Below, in pieces: positions 37,400 to 49,942 of a stretch of 64,000 nt of DNA. The notes under the pieces are model-generated. The model made no database searches. It worked only from the letters and a program-made list of their open reading frames with translations, and was not told the origin of the DNA. The stretch lies in the NCBI RefSeq assembly GCF_000315625.1, contig NW_005434666.1:62001-126000 (forward strand). Direction: 5' to 3'. This stretch comes from Guillardia theta CCMP2712. Its lineage: Eukaryota > Protista > Cryptophyta. The translations under genes were made by a program, and so were the position numbers. The first letter of the stretch is position 1. Each line of letters opens with the position of its first letter.

Positions 37400-38900
37400 G
37401 TTGTAGACTTTGCGCTTTCCTGCAAGAGTGTCAAGTCAAGTTGATAACGATCATCTGAACAGGTTCACCCTGGTTGAAGAGTCCAGAGTCTGGTCTCATA
37501 GCAGCGACCTTGTCATCAACAAAGTCGTTCGAGACGTAACTGTCGCTCAACCCTGCAACATCATGGTGGTGTTAAGAGGAGATAACCTCGGGTATATCCT
37601 TACCGAGGTCATGCATGATGGTTCCGAAGAAACTCTGAGGCTTCTGTACAACATACACAGGGGAGAGGGGCCGCTCTGCCAAGAGCATGAGTGCAAGCTT
37701 CGAAGGCTAGCAATGACGCTGAAACCTGTCTTGTGGCGCATGAAGTTGTACTTGTGTCTCGGATGCAAGAGGTCGTGGATGGAATCGTCGAAGGAAGAGA
37801 TGTGCTTGCAGGCATAAAAATTTCCCTCCCCACAAGCCTGTCATGACACAACGCTTCACACATGTGCCTATCTCGCACCGCTACACAATCATGGCAGCCT
37901 AACGCACCTTCAGCCACGCAGAGTTCCGTGGATTAGTCAGGGATCCCTTCTTCCAGCTTACGTCGATGTCAGACGATAGAAGAATCAACATAATGAAGAT
38001 CAATCTTACGCTGGAGTATCCCACTCGTTCTTGGTAGATTTTGACGTCTTGTAGTTCTTGAGTTGCGCAGGTACAAGATTTTTCCCTGATTACATGTGAG
38101 CTGCGGCAGAGTGGCAGGAGGGTCATCACCATAGTACGACAGTGGCTCAGGCACCCGAGCTTGCGATTGAAATCTTCCGCTAGTTTCACACACAAGCAAC
38201 AAGAAGAATTCGCAGACCTCGGAGAAACTCGTCTTGTCCGCTTGAAGTCCTTGTTGACCTGCCCCATCATGTTCAGGGATCAATCCAGCAATCGGGTCGT
38301 CCGCATGAGCAGACGCAGGCCCGTCCTGCTGATAAGTTTACCTTAGCTCGAAGGTTTGAAGCCGAGCGAGGGTGCCTGGCCGAAAATCCCTGCTACAACG
38401 ATCACCCGGCAGACGAGACGAAGCGAGTTCGAGCTTTCCTTAGGGTTGCTATCGTCGATTCCTTGCAGAGCGTGCATAGCTGCTGGATTGGCAGCAAGCT
38501 GTTCGCAGATTGAGTATCTCTCTGCGGAGTAGCTGGACAACGAGTACCTCGTTACATGCGTCGTTGTTTCCATGAGAGCATTCCTCCACCAAGTTTGCTG
38601 GGAGCAGACAAAGTTCAGATCAGGACGAGCATTCCCACAGAAAGACCCCTAACCTGTTCCTGCGAGTGCGCCGGACTGCCAATTCGCTAAAGATTGTATT
38701 CTGCCTTTCTTCGCGAGCTCCTGTGATGACAAGCAGTCACTATTTGCTCTTCGTCTCCAGGTATATTTTGCTGACATAGGGTTGACTCCTGTCCTCCGCA
38801 GCTTGCTTGAGATAATATTGAGGAGATCGACTACGACTTTTGCGTCAGGCGAAAACGTTGCAATCCGATGAAATGCTCTCACATGTTTGTCCTTTCTAAC
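37400..38900 (-). CDS. hypothetical multi-exon gene
   Basis: Chain of minus-strand ORFs separated by short GT-AG gaps; no domain recognised. Confidence 0.3.
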
Positions 38901-39209
38901 AACTCGACCCTCTCCTGCATGGCGGAATCAGTTAGTTAGAAAATCAGTAAGATCTAACGAAGAAAACAGCAAAGGAAAGTGTGATCACGGCAAAGAGACC
39001 ATCAATACAACATGACCGACTGCGACGGGAGCAAAGGATCGCCATTGGGACAGTAGGCCAGCACAACAGCATCATGTGCGACAGGCCATGCTCTACCACT
39101 TGACGGTCACTGACCTTGCTGCCATTCTTCACCAACATCACAGCAATCGTTGCGATGGCTCCCACCACCGCGACCACCGCCGTCGACCTTGCCATGGTGA
39201 AGAGCCGCC

Positions 39210-40050
39210 GGCTAGTGAGCGGGCCTGCGCCGACAGCCCGGTCACGGCTATCCTTCGTTTTACAAGTTCCGGGCCGAGTCCGGCCCGGGCCCGGCCGCGC
39301 CGGGGGCCCTGGCCGGCCCGGGGAGCTCGGAACCCAGTTCGATAGGCCCGGTGACCGTACACTGCTGCCGCAGTGCGCCGCCGGGCCCCGGTGCCGCCGC
39401 GATCCGATGATCGGCGATGCAGGCGCGAGTCCGAGCAAGGTCCGGTCCAGTATTCCATGTCCCGGCAACGAGGAACCATGTCGGTCAGTGCAAGACAGAA
39501 CAATCGTTGAGATAGAAAAACAACAATTGTTTGTGAAGCTCTCAAGAAAACACTGTGCCACCTCAACAGCCACAATGTGTGCCAGTCCGAGGCTTGGCTT
39601 TCACAGAGTCCGACTGAACGGTTACTGAGTTGACTGACCGTACGGACTCTGACCGATCGAGTCGGACCCGGCACAGTGACACGGCGCCGGCGGGTACGGC
39701 GGCCGCGGGCGTACAGTGTACTGAGCCTGAGCCCGCGGCCGGCCCCGAGCCTCAGGCTCCTGGGCCTAGGCGGCGAGTCACTGTCAATGGGCCCGGCAGT
39801 GCGGCTGGCTTCAGGTAAAGGCTGGCAAAGTTAACGCTTAAACTTGACGCGGCGCCCGGCCGCGACAACTCAGTGCACGGACTGTCCGACTGGGCTGGCC
39901 GTGGCAAGTGACTCGCTGCTGTTGAAGAAGAGACTGAAGTTGCCGCTGTCCGTGCAGTGGGTTACACAGGCTCGGACCGTTAAAAGGCTTTCAGGCCGTC
40001 CGAACCGATGCGATTGTTCCCGCCGAGGCTCCTGTAAGCTCTTGAAGAGT
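39210..40050. repeat. GC/CpG-rich palindrome-rich island
   Basis: Composition as for the other islands. Confidence 0.5.
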
Positions 40051-41137
40051 TAAAACTTTTGTGGACATGTGTACCCGCAGATATGACCTCGATTCACTGA
40101 CCCAATTTTATTAGCAGTTTTAGCCGGGTCTCGAGTGCGAGTTACAGAGATTTTATTAGTTTTAGCGGAGATCGGTGCAAATACTCCCTGTAATGGTGAC
40201 TGGGCACATGAGCTCTAGTACCCCACCGAAACAACAAATAAAACCAGTACCCCCTGTCCTTGCGCCGTTCCGACGAGACAGCGACGTCCTGTAAGGTGCA
40301 TATTTGTGTCAGCTGCTGACAGAAACACAGTCAGCATGTAATAAAATAAGGGTACGCTTACAGGTATGCATAGTAAATTACAATGTTTCAAATCTGATCC
40401 GGATCCAGCCTCCGATTGATGACGGAGTCCGAGTGTAAAGCTTGAAATCTGGTCACGATTTGACTGCTTTATCACGCCTCTAACCTCTTCTAGCAACTCC
40501 TGAAAGCACCCACCCCCTTCAACTCTGCAACCTCTTGCAACCCTTGGTTGTCCTGTCTGGTTGTGGCGTATTCATAGACAACTTACCTGAAGGAATTCAA
40601 CCCTTCAACCCCCCTCATTCACTCCTTCCTGCGCATTCGGAGGACCCACCCTCAATTTTCTTTCAACTGCCTGTAAGCTGTGCTCGCTGACAGAGACAAC
40701 TAAGTCAATCTCCAGATATGTCCAAAACTTGACCGACCCTTACACCAGATACACACCTCTCCCCCGTGCAGTCCTGTAAGGGATTCCTTAAAGATTATGA
40801 AAAGGTGCTATTTCAGAACTGATTCCGTTCGCCTGAACATTACTACTGCTGAAATGCTGTAAGGCAAGGGAGTGACCTCTTGAACGGATTATAAAAATAT
40901 CGTAGGTACGTTTTAAAGAGCCGACGATTCAGATACACATCCCTCGACGGGTGAATATAGGAATTGCCCTCCCGGGCGCTGCTCCACCTCTGACACCTTC
41001 GTCCTCGTATCGTCTTCCTCCCTACTCCTCCACTCCTCAGCGCTGCTCTCCTCGCAGCCTAGATCTGCAGTTATATCTTCTCGCAGACGCATACCTCTAT
41101 CAATCCTCCTTGCAAGTGACAGGCTATCCGATCTCAC

Positions 41138-42388
41138 ATGCAAGTAGTGCAGATGAATCCGTTCCAACAGCAACAACCTTGGTTCTTTCAGAACCCGGCG
41201 CAATCAACACAGCTTGCAATGCCGACCTCCACGCCAAACAAGCCGGCTACGGAGCCCCTGGCCTTGTCTCAAAACTTCGTGCCGGCTTCTGGATCCAAGA
41301 CTTTGTATCCTTTCTCCACAGCAACCAAGCCCACGCTCTCGTTTCCAATGCCCACGGTCCAGCAATCCGGAGACCTCTGGCAATCAACACTAGTTGCCTC
41401 GCCTACAGCAAGCACACAACCCATGCATACGGTCAACCTCGTCGGATGGAACAACGCGCCATCATATCATCAAGTAAATGCTCCGATGCTCAACAGGAGC
41501 CAAGCTCTCCTTGGAATCAACCAGCAACATCAGACTTCAAATGGTCCGATGCAGCAATCTATCCAAGTGCAACCCAACAACCAGCTTTTAATTGCTCAAA
41601 TGCTCGCTCTCATCAAGCAGTCTGGTCAGCACGGCAAGTTGTTTGAGCCACAAGCAAAGGGGCAGATGCAAGAACTTGCGTCTCTCTCAGCAGCTCCTGC
41701 TGCTCAGCCTTGCCAATCCCAGCCCCTCGCTGCACATCGAGACTCAGACAGCCAGGCTTCGTCCACATCCAGCTCGCCAACGCAGGATCCCTCCAGGACT
41801 TCATCGGGGGGAGAGTCCAAGATGGCACGGGCGAGGGAGAAGCAAGGGGGCAAGTGGCAGAAGGCTGCGGCGCACCACGGAAAGTCATCCGGACTCTCGT
41901 CCACAGGGCAGGGCAACCAGGTCATCGCTTTCAAGCATTTCCTCCAGGAGGAGCAGAGGAAGGGTGTGGTGACGATCGACGCGGTTGGCCAGCCCTCGGG
42001 GATCGACTCGGGCAAGGAGCTTGTGAACCCCCTGGGGCTGAAGAAGTGGCAAGTTAACGACGTGGATCAGTGGTGGGAAGATGGTGAGTCGCTCGTTTCC
42101 TTCATGTGCTCACGATGCTGACGATTTCTCGCAGTGAAGAGATGGTTCGAGGACGATCCCGAGAGATTCTGCTTCCGCGCCTTCTTCATGATGCTTCGCC
42201 GCTTCGGCTTCAAGCCCTTCAACAAGGCTCCTGCTCCCGCCAGCTCCGGTCTCGACTACGGACTCAAGAACAAGCTTGCTCGCACGCACGGATATGAGTA
42301 CGACACGGAGGTTTTCGAACGGTATTGCCAGAGCAGGAAGGCCATCGCCAGGTACTGCCCGATGTCAAAGAAAGAGAAGGAGACATGA
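41138..42388 (+). CDS. Q/S/P-rich putative transcription factor with divergent HSF-like C-terminal domain
   Basis: Low-complexity N-terminus; one intron at 42083-42134; C-terminal ...WQVNDVDQWWED|VKRWF...FRAFFMMLRRFGFKP. Confidence 0.6.
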
Positions 42389-42499
42389 ATAGTTGTTGTA
42401 CATACCGATATTTAACAAATGTAGCATAGTGAATGAATATGACTTCTGCTGTGAAATTCGGCTGTTTGTATATTGACACACTCTACAAAAAGTCAACTC

Positions 42500-43564
42500 T
42501 CATGTGCTCCGAGAATCGGACGCGCTATCATTAGGACGCTTCTTTGCCACATGTCGAATTCCGTCGCAATGGATTGGAAACCCAAGATACCAAAGGTGCG
42601 CCTCAATGCTTCGGTCCCACTGCAACGAGCAATGAGTGGGAGGAGAGGAACAGGAGCTGAGTACCTGAGGCAGAGAGTTGGAACACTTGGGATCTTCCCC
42701 GGTCTGGTCGCAGATGACAAAGTCATCGTCCTTGCTTCCTGTCTGCCAGATCTCCGTGGGATGGTGATGGAAGTCCGTCAGGAGGAAGACGCCCTTCCCC
42801 TGTGGCGGAAGGTGAGGAACAACGTCGTCCTGGTGGACTATCCTGCTCGTCCTCGGAACCCTCTCAGCGAAGAAATCCGCAAAAAACTTGTTCCCCACGC
42901 GCGGCTCCCCGAAGCTGTACAGCCCGATGTCCGTGCGGTTGAAGAGCATGGAGAGCTCCAACGAGCACAGAGCGGCAAGAGCAGCACCAAGGGAGTGACC
43001 CGTCACCATCATAGCAGAGTCGGGATGGTCTTTCAGAACCGCAGTCGTCGCGTTGAAGACATTCATCTTGACGGACTGCCAGTCTTGGAAGAAGCCCGAG
43101 TGAACCCTGCAGTGATGATGCCTCTGCCTTCCATCGTCCGCTGAGTCGCAAGCTGAAAACTTTGTGTCCACCTTGTAGTATTCCAGGTCTTGCACCCAGT
43201 TGATGAGGTAGTCCGTCCCTCGGAAAGACACGACTGCCGTGTTCAAGGGTTCATAGTATCCAACAAACACTCCAACATGCCTCGAGACAAGCTTCTCCGC
43301 ATTGACAAAGTAGGTTTGGAAACCCCGCATGTCCTGGCATATCTTACAGCTCCAATCCTCAATCATGCCATCTTCGCAGTATGCTATCCGCGAGAAATTG
43401 AGGTAAACCTCCGCATCATCACGGTCGAATCCTCCGAATCCCGTTGGGCGCTCTGCTCCCCTTTCCCCATGTGCAGAAGAGTGTTTCAGCGGTATCCCAC
43501 CACAGCTGGTCAACAGGACCAAAAGCAATAAGCCGGTCTCCGACAAACAGCGTCGAACCACCAT
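42500..43564 (-). CDS. secreted class 3 lipase
   Basis: Signal peptide, SRIAYC, VVSFRGT, VHSGF, VTGHSLGAA, YSFGEPRVGN, RIVHQDDVVPHLPP, H.WYLG. Confidence 0.95.
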   Translation of the reverse strand: MVVRRCLSETGLLLLVLLTSCGGIPLKHSSAHGERGAERPTGFGGFDRDDAEVYLNFSRIAYCEDGMIEDWSCKICQDMRGFQTYFVNAEKLVSRHVGVFVGYYEPLNTAVVSFRGTDYLINWVQDLEYYKVDTKFSACDSADDGRQRHHHCRVHSGFFQDWQSVKMNVFNATTAVLKDHPDSAMMVTGHSLGAALAALCSLELSMLFNRTDIGLYSFGEPRVGNKFFADFFAERVPRTSRIVHQDDVVPHLPPQGKGVFLLTDFHHHPTEIWQTGSKDDDFVICDQTGEDPKCSNSLPQVLSSCSSPPTHCSLQWDRSIEAHLWYLGFPIHCDGIRHVAKKRPNDSASDSRST

Positions 43565-44361
43565 CGATACAATACAAGTGCCAGATCACATATCACGGGT
43601 GAGTCTTGGTTGGTGCAGACCACGAGTCTGCATCCGCGTGGTGGTCTGCTACCTGTCCGCCTGGTGCCAAGAGATCAGTAAACAGAACGACGGCTTTTGT
43701 TGTTGAGTGAGAGTTGATCTTGTTATCTAATAATTCCCATGGTTCTTTCTTAACCTTTCAAGCCTGTGCAAACTAGCTCTGCCACATGTTTCCAACCTCA
43801 ATTTCTCTTCCCTTCAGTCAAGTCCTCTACTTGCACTCAACGTTTGAAGCAGGTTGTCTATGCATCTCGTTTTCCATTCTCTTGTGTTCTTGGTGTATCC
43901 TTCTCCTGCTCCTCCTCTCTGTCTTCTCCTTTTGCTCTCGAACCGCCTCTTTCCTGCATGGTTTTGCTGGGTTTTGGTCTGCAACAGGGGGTAGGCCTGT
44001 GACATGGTCTGTTTGAACCCCTAGTTTAGAGCACTAAAAATAGAGAAATTATTGGGTGGGTACTTTCTTCTAGGATTTCTTTCAGGGGTAGGAGGTATAG
44101 GGCTAGGGGTGAAAGTAATGGAAGAAGTGGGGGTGGGCTACAAATTTTGTAGGGGTACTTTTAACGGGGAAAGAGGGGGTGTATCTGTGACGCAACAAAA
44201 TGTTGAGGGGGGCTCGTCAGTTGTAACGGTTCCTCTAAATCGGGTTGCCCATGCTTTGGGGAATGTGGCCAGTAGCGCGAGGGTAGAGAGGGGAACTGAA
44301 GACGGGAAGCAGCGGATAAGGAAGTGAAGGAGGAGAAAGACTTGGAAGAACAGATCCGGAC

Positions 44362-45240
44362 ATGCAGGTCCAAAGAGAACATTCAGCAGTAGACGGGACA
44401 AGCGATTCGATGCTCCAAGACGACTTTTCGTCAATCCGGCTCAAAAACACTCCCAGGTGCGCATTGACTCGCTCAGGCTATCTGTGTATTCTAAAAGTCT
44501 TCCTCTTGCTGCAGGAGAGGATGGATGGTTTTCGCTGCAGGCTGTGCTGTAGTCTTGGCCCTTGTAGTGTTGGGAGTACAGAGCAGACCTGGCAACACCA
44601 CTCTGACGTCATTGGATGCCGGCCGCCATGCCGGTCGAGCCGTACACGCAGGGGTCGAAAAAGATGTCGACTCGATTGATAAAGATGTGGACAAGACTGA
44701 GAAAGACATCAAGGGGCTGGGAGACCGCCTGATCAAGGACTTCGACTCCATGGTGCTGTTGCACCGGGGAGCTAAGAATGTGACGGGAGAAACGGAGAAG
44801 GGAGACTGGCTCATCCGGATGGGGCTGAAACAGGCGGGCAGAGCAAGTGAGCTGAAAGGGAGGCCGATGGGAACTCAAAGTCCGGAGCTCGATGCGAAAT
44901 GGATCAAAACATTCCGAGATCAGGCTCGCAAACACAAGGTACCAAGCACCAATATAATCCATCAGGTATACATACTTTTTCTCCCTTATGATGTTGATAT
45001 TAGATGCCGTTGGATATTTTTGTGTTTGGCTTTCTTTTCATGATACATAGTATTCTCCCCTTGATTGTGATTGTGATGATGGCGATGCTCGCGCTGCTTG
45101 ACGAGTCTGAGCAGATCAAAACTGCTGAGGTGGCGTATCATCGCCTCCAAGGGAGCATGCAGAAGCTAGCGTCTGCTGTGGACCAACTTGACACGTTTGT
45201 GAAAGATGCGAAGAAGAATAGGCAGGATGGAAGACATTGA
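44362..45240 (+). CDS. hypothetical type II membrane protein (3 exons)
   Basis: Short N-tail, TM WMVFAAGCAVVLALVVLGV, coiled-coil-like C-terminus; GT-AG introns. Confidence 0.6.
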
Positions 45241-46168
45241 ACTAATGTAAGCACGGGCTTCCTCTTGGAAAAGATTGAAAAGGAAATTGTTGCCACCCAT
45301 GGGAACGGGTGAAATGGGATGTTAACATTATAGGGAAAGATTCTAATGGAATGAATCTATATGGCAGTTGTAACTTACTGCACGTGGCGTCCGCATCTTC
45401 ATATCTCTGCAATTCTTTTCTGTCGACTTCGTGTAGCTCTTTGAAATTGCTGCTGGGAGTAGGAAAACGACGATGCTTGACAAAGTCACATACAGAGAAC
45501 ATGGAGCTGGCGAACAAGAGGTTGATAATATCTCGTAGTTACTCTCTTCTTGTCCCTTCTCTGAAGATCCCCATCACTTCTCTCGCATTCTCTACATCAC
45601 CATCAGGTCGTGTTCCGATTCGCTACAGTTCTGGTTTCGCGTTGCCTGACTCCACCCCTACCCCTGATTTTTGTCCACCCTACCCACTCACAAAAATATT
45701 CTCCATAACCACCCCTGAAGATTGAACGGAAAGTGAGGGAAACAGACCTCATTAAATTTAATACCACCGGTACAATTCATACCACCTACCGGTCGATTGG
45801 TCAAGTTTTCGCTGGTCGCCACGATTACGAAGCAGGAACGAGGGAGAAGGAGAAGAGAGTGGAGGAGAGATGGAGGAGGAGAGATGGAGGAAGAGAGATG
45901 GAGGAGGAGGGAGGGAGGGTCTGTGGGAGGAGAGAGGAAGTGGAGATGGAGAGGACACGAGAAGGATGTTGACGGTCCCTTGAGTGTTGCATGAAGATGA
46001 AAGGGGCTGTCGGTGAAAGGGAGAGTTTTACTTCCTCTTCAAGGAGATACAACTGACGGTTTGCGTGAAACCATCAGATGGATGTGGTTTAAGACAAACA
46101 AGGAAGTGAAGGAGAGGGAGAAGAACCAGCTACTACACAACACACGCACAACAAGAGAACGACAAACA

Positions 46169-47240
46169 TGATGAGCTTGAGGAAAGTCTGCAGATCACCC
46201 TCTTTGCGCATTCTTCAGAGGTACAGCGACATGTTCCTTCATCGGATCTCTTGACACAGCTTGTTACCTTCAAGTCACAGGGTGTTCAATCATCGCAGGG
46301 GATACATCTGCAACCCCGAGAGCATCGCCCACTGCCGCGTGAGGGAGGAGCGTGGTAGCGCGAGGGAGCATGACGGAACTTGTTACAGGATCTTGTCCAG
46401 CATGCAGATGTCGAGGGGTACCTGTGCCTGGCGTTCTATCCCAAGGAGATCCGGCAGCACATGTGAGCAAGGAGATGAACAGCCTGCTCATAGTCGGCTG
46501 ACTTGCTCCAGCCTCGCTATCAAGGCGTTCAATGTGGAGGTCGCAAAGGCTGCGGACAAGAGCTCGAATGAGAAGATGACGGAAATCAGGTGAGCAGACC
46601 TCGATGTCGCCGGCATGCTGACATTGTGTTTGCTGATGACCGATCGCTGTGCTGATTGCTCTCAACGTTGTGCTTGAACAGGCTTCAATGGTGGAGAAGT
46701 GTTATTGAGAAGCTACCGACGAAGCAGCTTCCCACCCATCCTGTTGTTGGTGATGAGACAAGTTCTCAGTGCGATGTTGCCCGAGCTCATTACTTGCAGA
46801 TGCGCTGTGTGAGACTTTCCACAAGTACGACCTGGACATGGGTCAGTGATTGTGTTGATCGAAATCCTCTGAAGTGTTGGACAAGACCTTCTCTACTCGC
46901 TCGTTGACAAGAGAATCCAAGATCTGAATGTCAAGATCCCTGAAGTGTGAATAGCACTGAGATACATTTCTGGTTTCTCACTCTTCCTTCCGCTCCCCCA
47001 TCGCTCTGCAGACTCTGTACTATACCGAAGAATACGCCGAAGGAACCCAAGGAGCCTTGCTGAAGCTTGCGCTGAAGGTCCTGTCTCTTGAATGTTTCAG
47101 ACTCTTCGCATTCTGTTCGGGTGTCCTTGTTGAAACTCCTCTGCTGACTGGGTTTCTCCCTCCTCTCTTTCGCTGAAACTCCTTCCTTTCTGTCAGGTCT
47201 TGGGTGCGCACACGGTGCCCGGCAATGTCAAGGCTGCGCA
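46169..47240 (+). CDS. NDUFAF6: NDUFAF6-like complex I assembly factor (squalene/phytoene synthase fold), 3' incomplete
   Basis: Basic mitochondrial-like leader; HCR|DLVQHADVEGYLCLAFYP..|LAIKAFNVEVA..IR|LQWWR..HPVV|DAL..EEYAEGTQGALLKLAL; C-terminal third absent. Confidence 0.8.
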
Positions 47241-47419
47241 TGTATGTCTCCAGGGCGCAGAAGGAGAAAGGGAGCACTGAGACGGTGGCGAGGACGGGGG
47301 GGGGGGGGCGGGAGGGGAGCGAGAAAGCCTCGAGTAGAGGGAGGAAGGGCGGATGGGAGAGAGGAGAGGCATGCGGAGCATGAAAGTAGTGAAAGCCAGA
47401 ATGGGGACTAGAGATCTGA

Positions 47420-48406
47420 TACCCTCTCGCAGCAAGTCGGAACGGCTGTTGGGATCTCGATGCTGATGAGGTCTGCCTTCTGAGACGCGAGGGTTGGGAG
47501 CTGCTGACTCACGGCAGGGGAACGAAGTTTCACGCCCAGAGGAACAAAGTCTACATCCCCCGAGAGCTTGCTTCTACTTGCCAGGTTAGGAACATTAGAC
47601 GGTCGGAGGCGAATGGTCCTAACGCTGTAGCAGCTCTCCATCAGCTCCCTCACTAGGTGTGAGGTAGGTCGAGGCCTCTGACTTTGATAAGAAGATGACG
47701 CTGTCTCTCTCGCCTCACCAGCCGTCGCCCGAGCTTGCAAGGTGCATGCAGCAGATGGCTATCTTGTGCAGAGGTGAGGCTTCACATGTCGCTAGTCCTT
47801 TGTCAACACAGCCTCTGCCAAGTGACTGCCCTGACTGAATTTGTTGTAGAGTATCTCGACGAGGCGAAGAAGAATGCATGGACCAAGTGTTCACATCCAC
47901 AGTCTCTTTGAGTTTGCCTGAAATAGTACGTGCAGAGAAGCTCTGCCTGTCCTCTACTCGGCTTCCATCGCTAGAGCTTTCCTGTAAGTCCTCAACCTGA
48001 ACAACCTCATCTGACAAATCATCATGTGACAGGAATCGACTGGACTCCCTGGATTATGATATTATGTGATTTATGCTTCCTTCCATATTTACTTCCTTCC
48101 TCTCATCCTCCTCCTTCTCATCCTCCTATCTTGCCTCACCGCCATCGACCTCTGCACTCCCATTATCCTCCTCCCACTGCATATCCTGACGATGCGTTGA
48201 CAGGCATCCCTCATGGCAGTATCAAGGGGGGAGCCTCATCCGTGTGCAGATCCCACTGATGATCATGAGTAAGACGTCAACCTCCTCCCCCTCCTCCCGT
48301 TGATCTTGGTGCCAGAAAATCGGATCCTTGGGACGTTCTGATCGCCCTGGCGGGGATTTAAGGAGCTCCGAGGACGGAGTCCATGCGCACTGGGATGTTG
48401 ATGCCT
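47420..48406 (-). CDS. Ser-rich exons, either a C-terminal extension of the APS kinase or a separate truncated gene
   Basis: Open minus-strand exons at 48406-48270, 48017-47790 and 47740-47420 with GT-AG borders. Confidence 0.35.
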
Positions 48407-48529
48407 GAGGAGCTGAGATCAGCCAAAGCAGGATGAAGCGGAAGAGAGGAGAGCGGCGAAGAGAGATCGAGAGCGAAGGAGACAAGAGGAGAGGGGAGAG
48501 GAGATGAGAGGGGAGGCCAGTAAAGCCCA

Positions 48530-49942
48530 CTAGAGCAAGTGGTAGCTGACGAGGCTGTAAAGAACACCTGCTTCGGAGAGCATGTTCATGCATTTTCCTA
48601 CGCACGCATCCGGAGTTTCGCTCCCACTGCGTGCAAACACTTGAGAGAAGAACCCAAGGCTATATCAACAAACGTTTCAAGGACGAGCTCGGCGTGTTCA
48701 GGCTCTTCATAAGGAGCATCAATGCCCTGTATGAAGTCACTAAGGTGGAGGAGGTTGAAGGGTTCGAAGGAGGCTAGAGGAAGAGAGGAGGGTAAGGCGA
48801 GAAGAGATGTAGGAAAGAAGAGCAGAATTTACCGTGAAACCCTTGATCTTGCCTGATCGAGCCTGCAGCACATTCAACCTAATCTAGCAGCTCAAGGGTG
48901 TTCCACCTTCTTGTAGAGTCCCTTGGGATCCCTGGACTCGGCCACTTCAAGAGGGACTCGAACGTACACCTGTAAGCGTGTGAGAAGTCAAGTATGAGAA
49001 GGGCGGGGAGGAGCGTGAGGGGGAGACAAGGCAAGGCAGAGGGTGGGATGGGGGCAGGTAGGCATGCAAGGCAAGCGAAGATGAGAGGGGAGAGCGGGGC
49101 AAGGGAGGAGCACGACCTCAAAGAAGGGAAGCTCGTCCCTCTCGAAGATTTTCCTCACGTCGTCACGATCAGACCTGCACCGGCGTAGGTCAAGAGCTTA
49201 GGCACCAGCGCACTTGCCGCACCTGTAAGGAGAGATGAAGCTGCAGATCGTGATGATCCCGCAGTCCGTGAACAGCTTGGAGACCTGAACCACGGCACGT
49301 AAGGAGAGCTGTAGCAGGTGAGGATAGACAACCTCGCCGATGCGGCGGATGTTTTCCTTACTGCACCACAACCACGAATTTCAACATGTCATATCTTACA
49401 GTGAAGCTAACAAACCGATCCTCCTCGCTGAAGCCAAGATCCTTGTTGAGCCCGAACCTCACGTTGTCTCCGTCAAGGCGGTATGCTCTGCGCGATCACA
49501 TCACAGGAGGGGACGGGAAGGAACCTCGAGGCTCACAGCAGTCCATATTCGATCAGCCGCTTCTCCAGCAACGCCCCGATGGTGCTCTTCCCGCTGCCGC
49601 TCAACCCTGTGAGCCAGATGGTAGCGCCCTTGCCTGGCACAGGACTTGAGCAGGGAGGTTCAGACGTCCGATGGGGAACGCACTTCCTATGAGGATACTG
49701 CGCTCCTTGGTCGAGAGCAGCGAGTCACTCCACACGATGTTCTCGGCCTTGTGTCCGCCAGGAGGTCCCTGCTCTCGAGCATGAGGGGGTTGCGGCAAAA
49801 GAAGCCTGTGTCGTCGAACCACCTGTGGGGATGAAGACATTCTTCTGAGGAAGTTGGTGCGATTCTGAAAGACTCCCCTGCACAATCTGCGAAGGGTACT
49901 GCGATCAGCAACGAGGCATACCCCGGACCCTGTTCTTGTCAT
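48530..49942 (-). CDS. cysC: adenylyl-sulfate (APS) kinase with N-terminal presequence
   Basis: NIVW..., [41 protein letters not shown]|[26 protein letters not shown]|[11 protein letters not shown]|IDAPYEEP. Confidence 0.95.
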
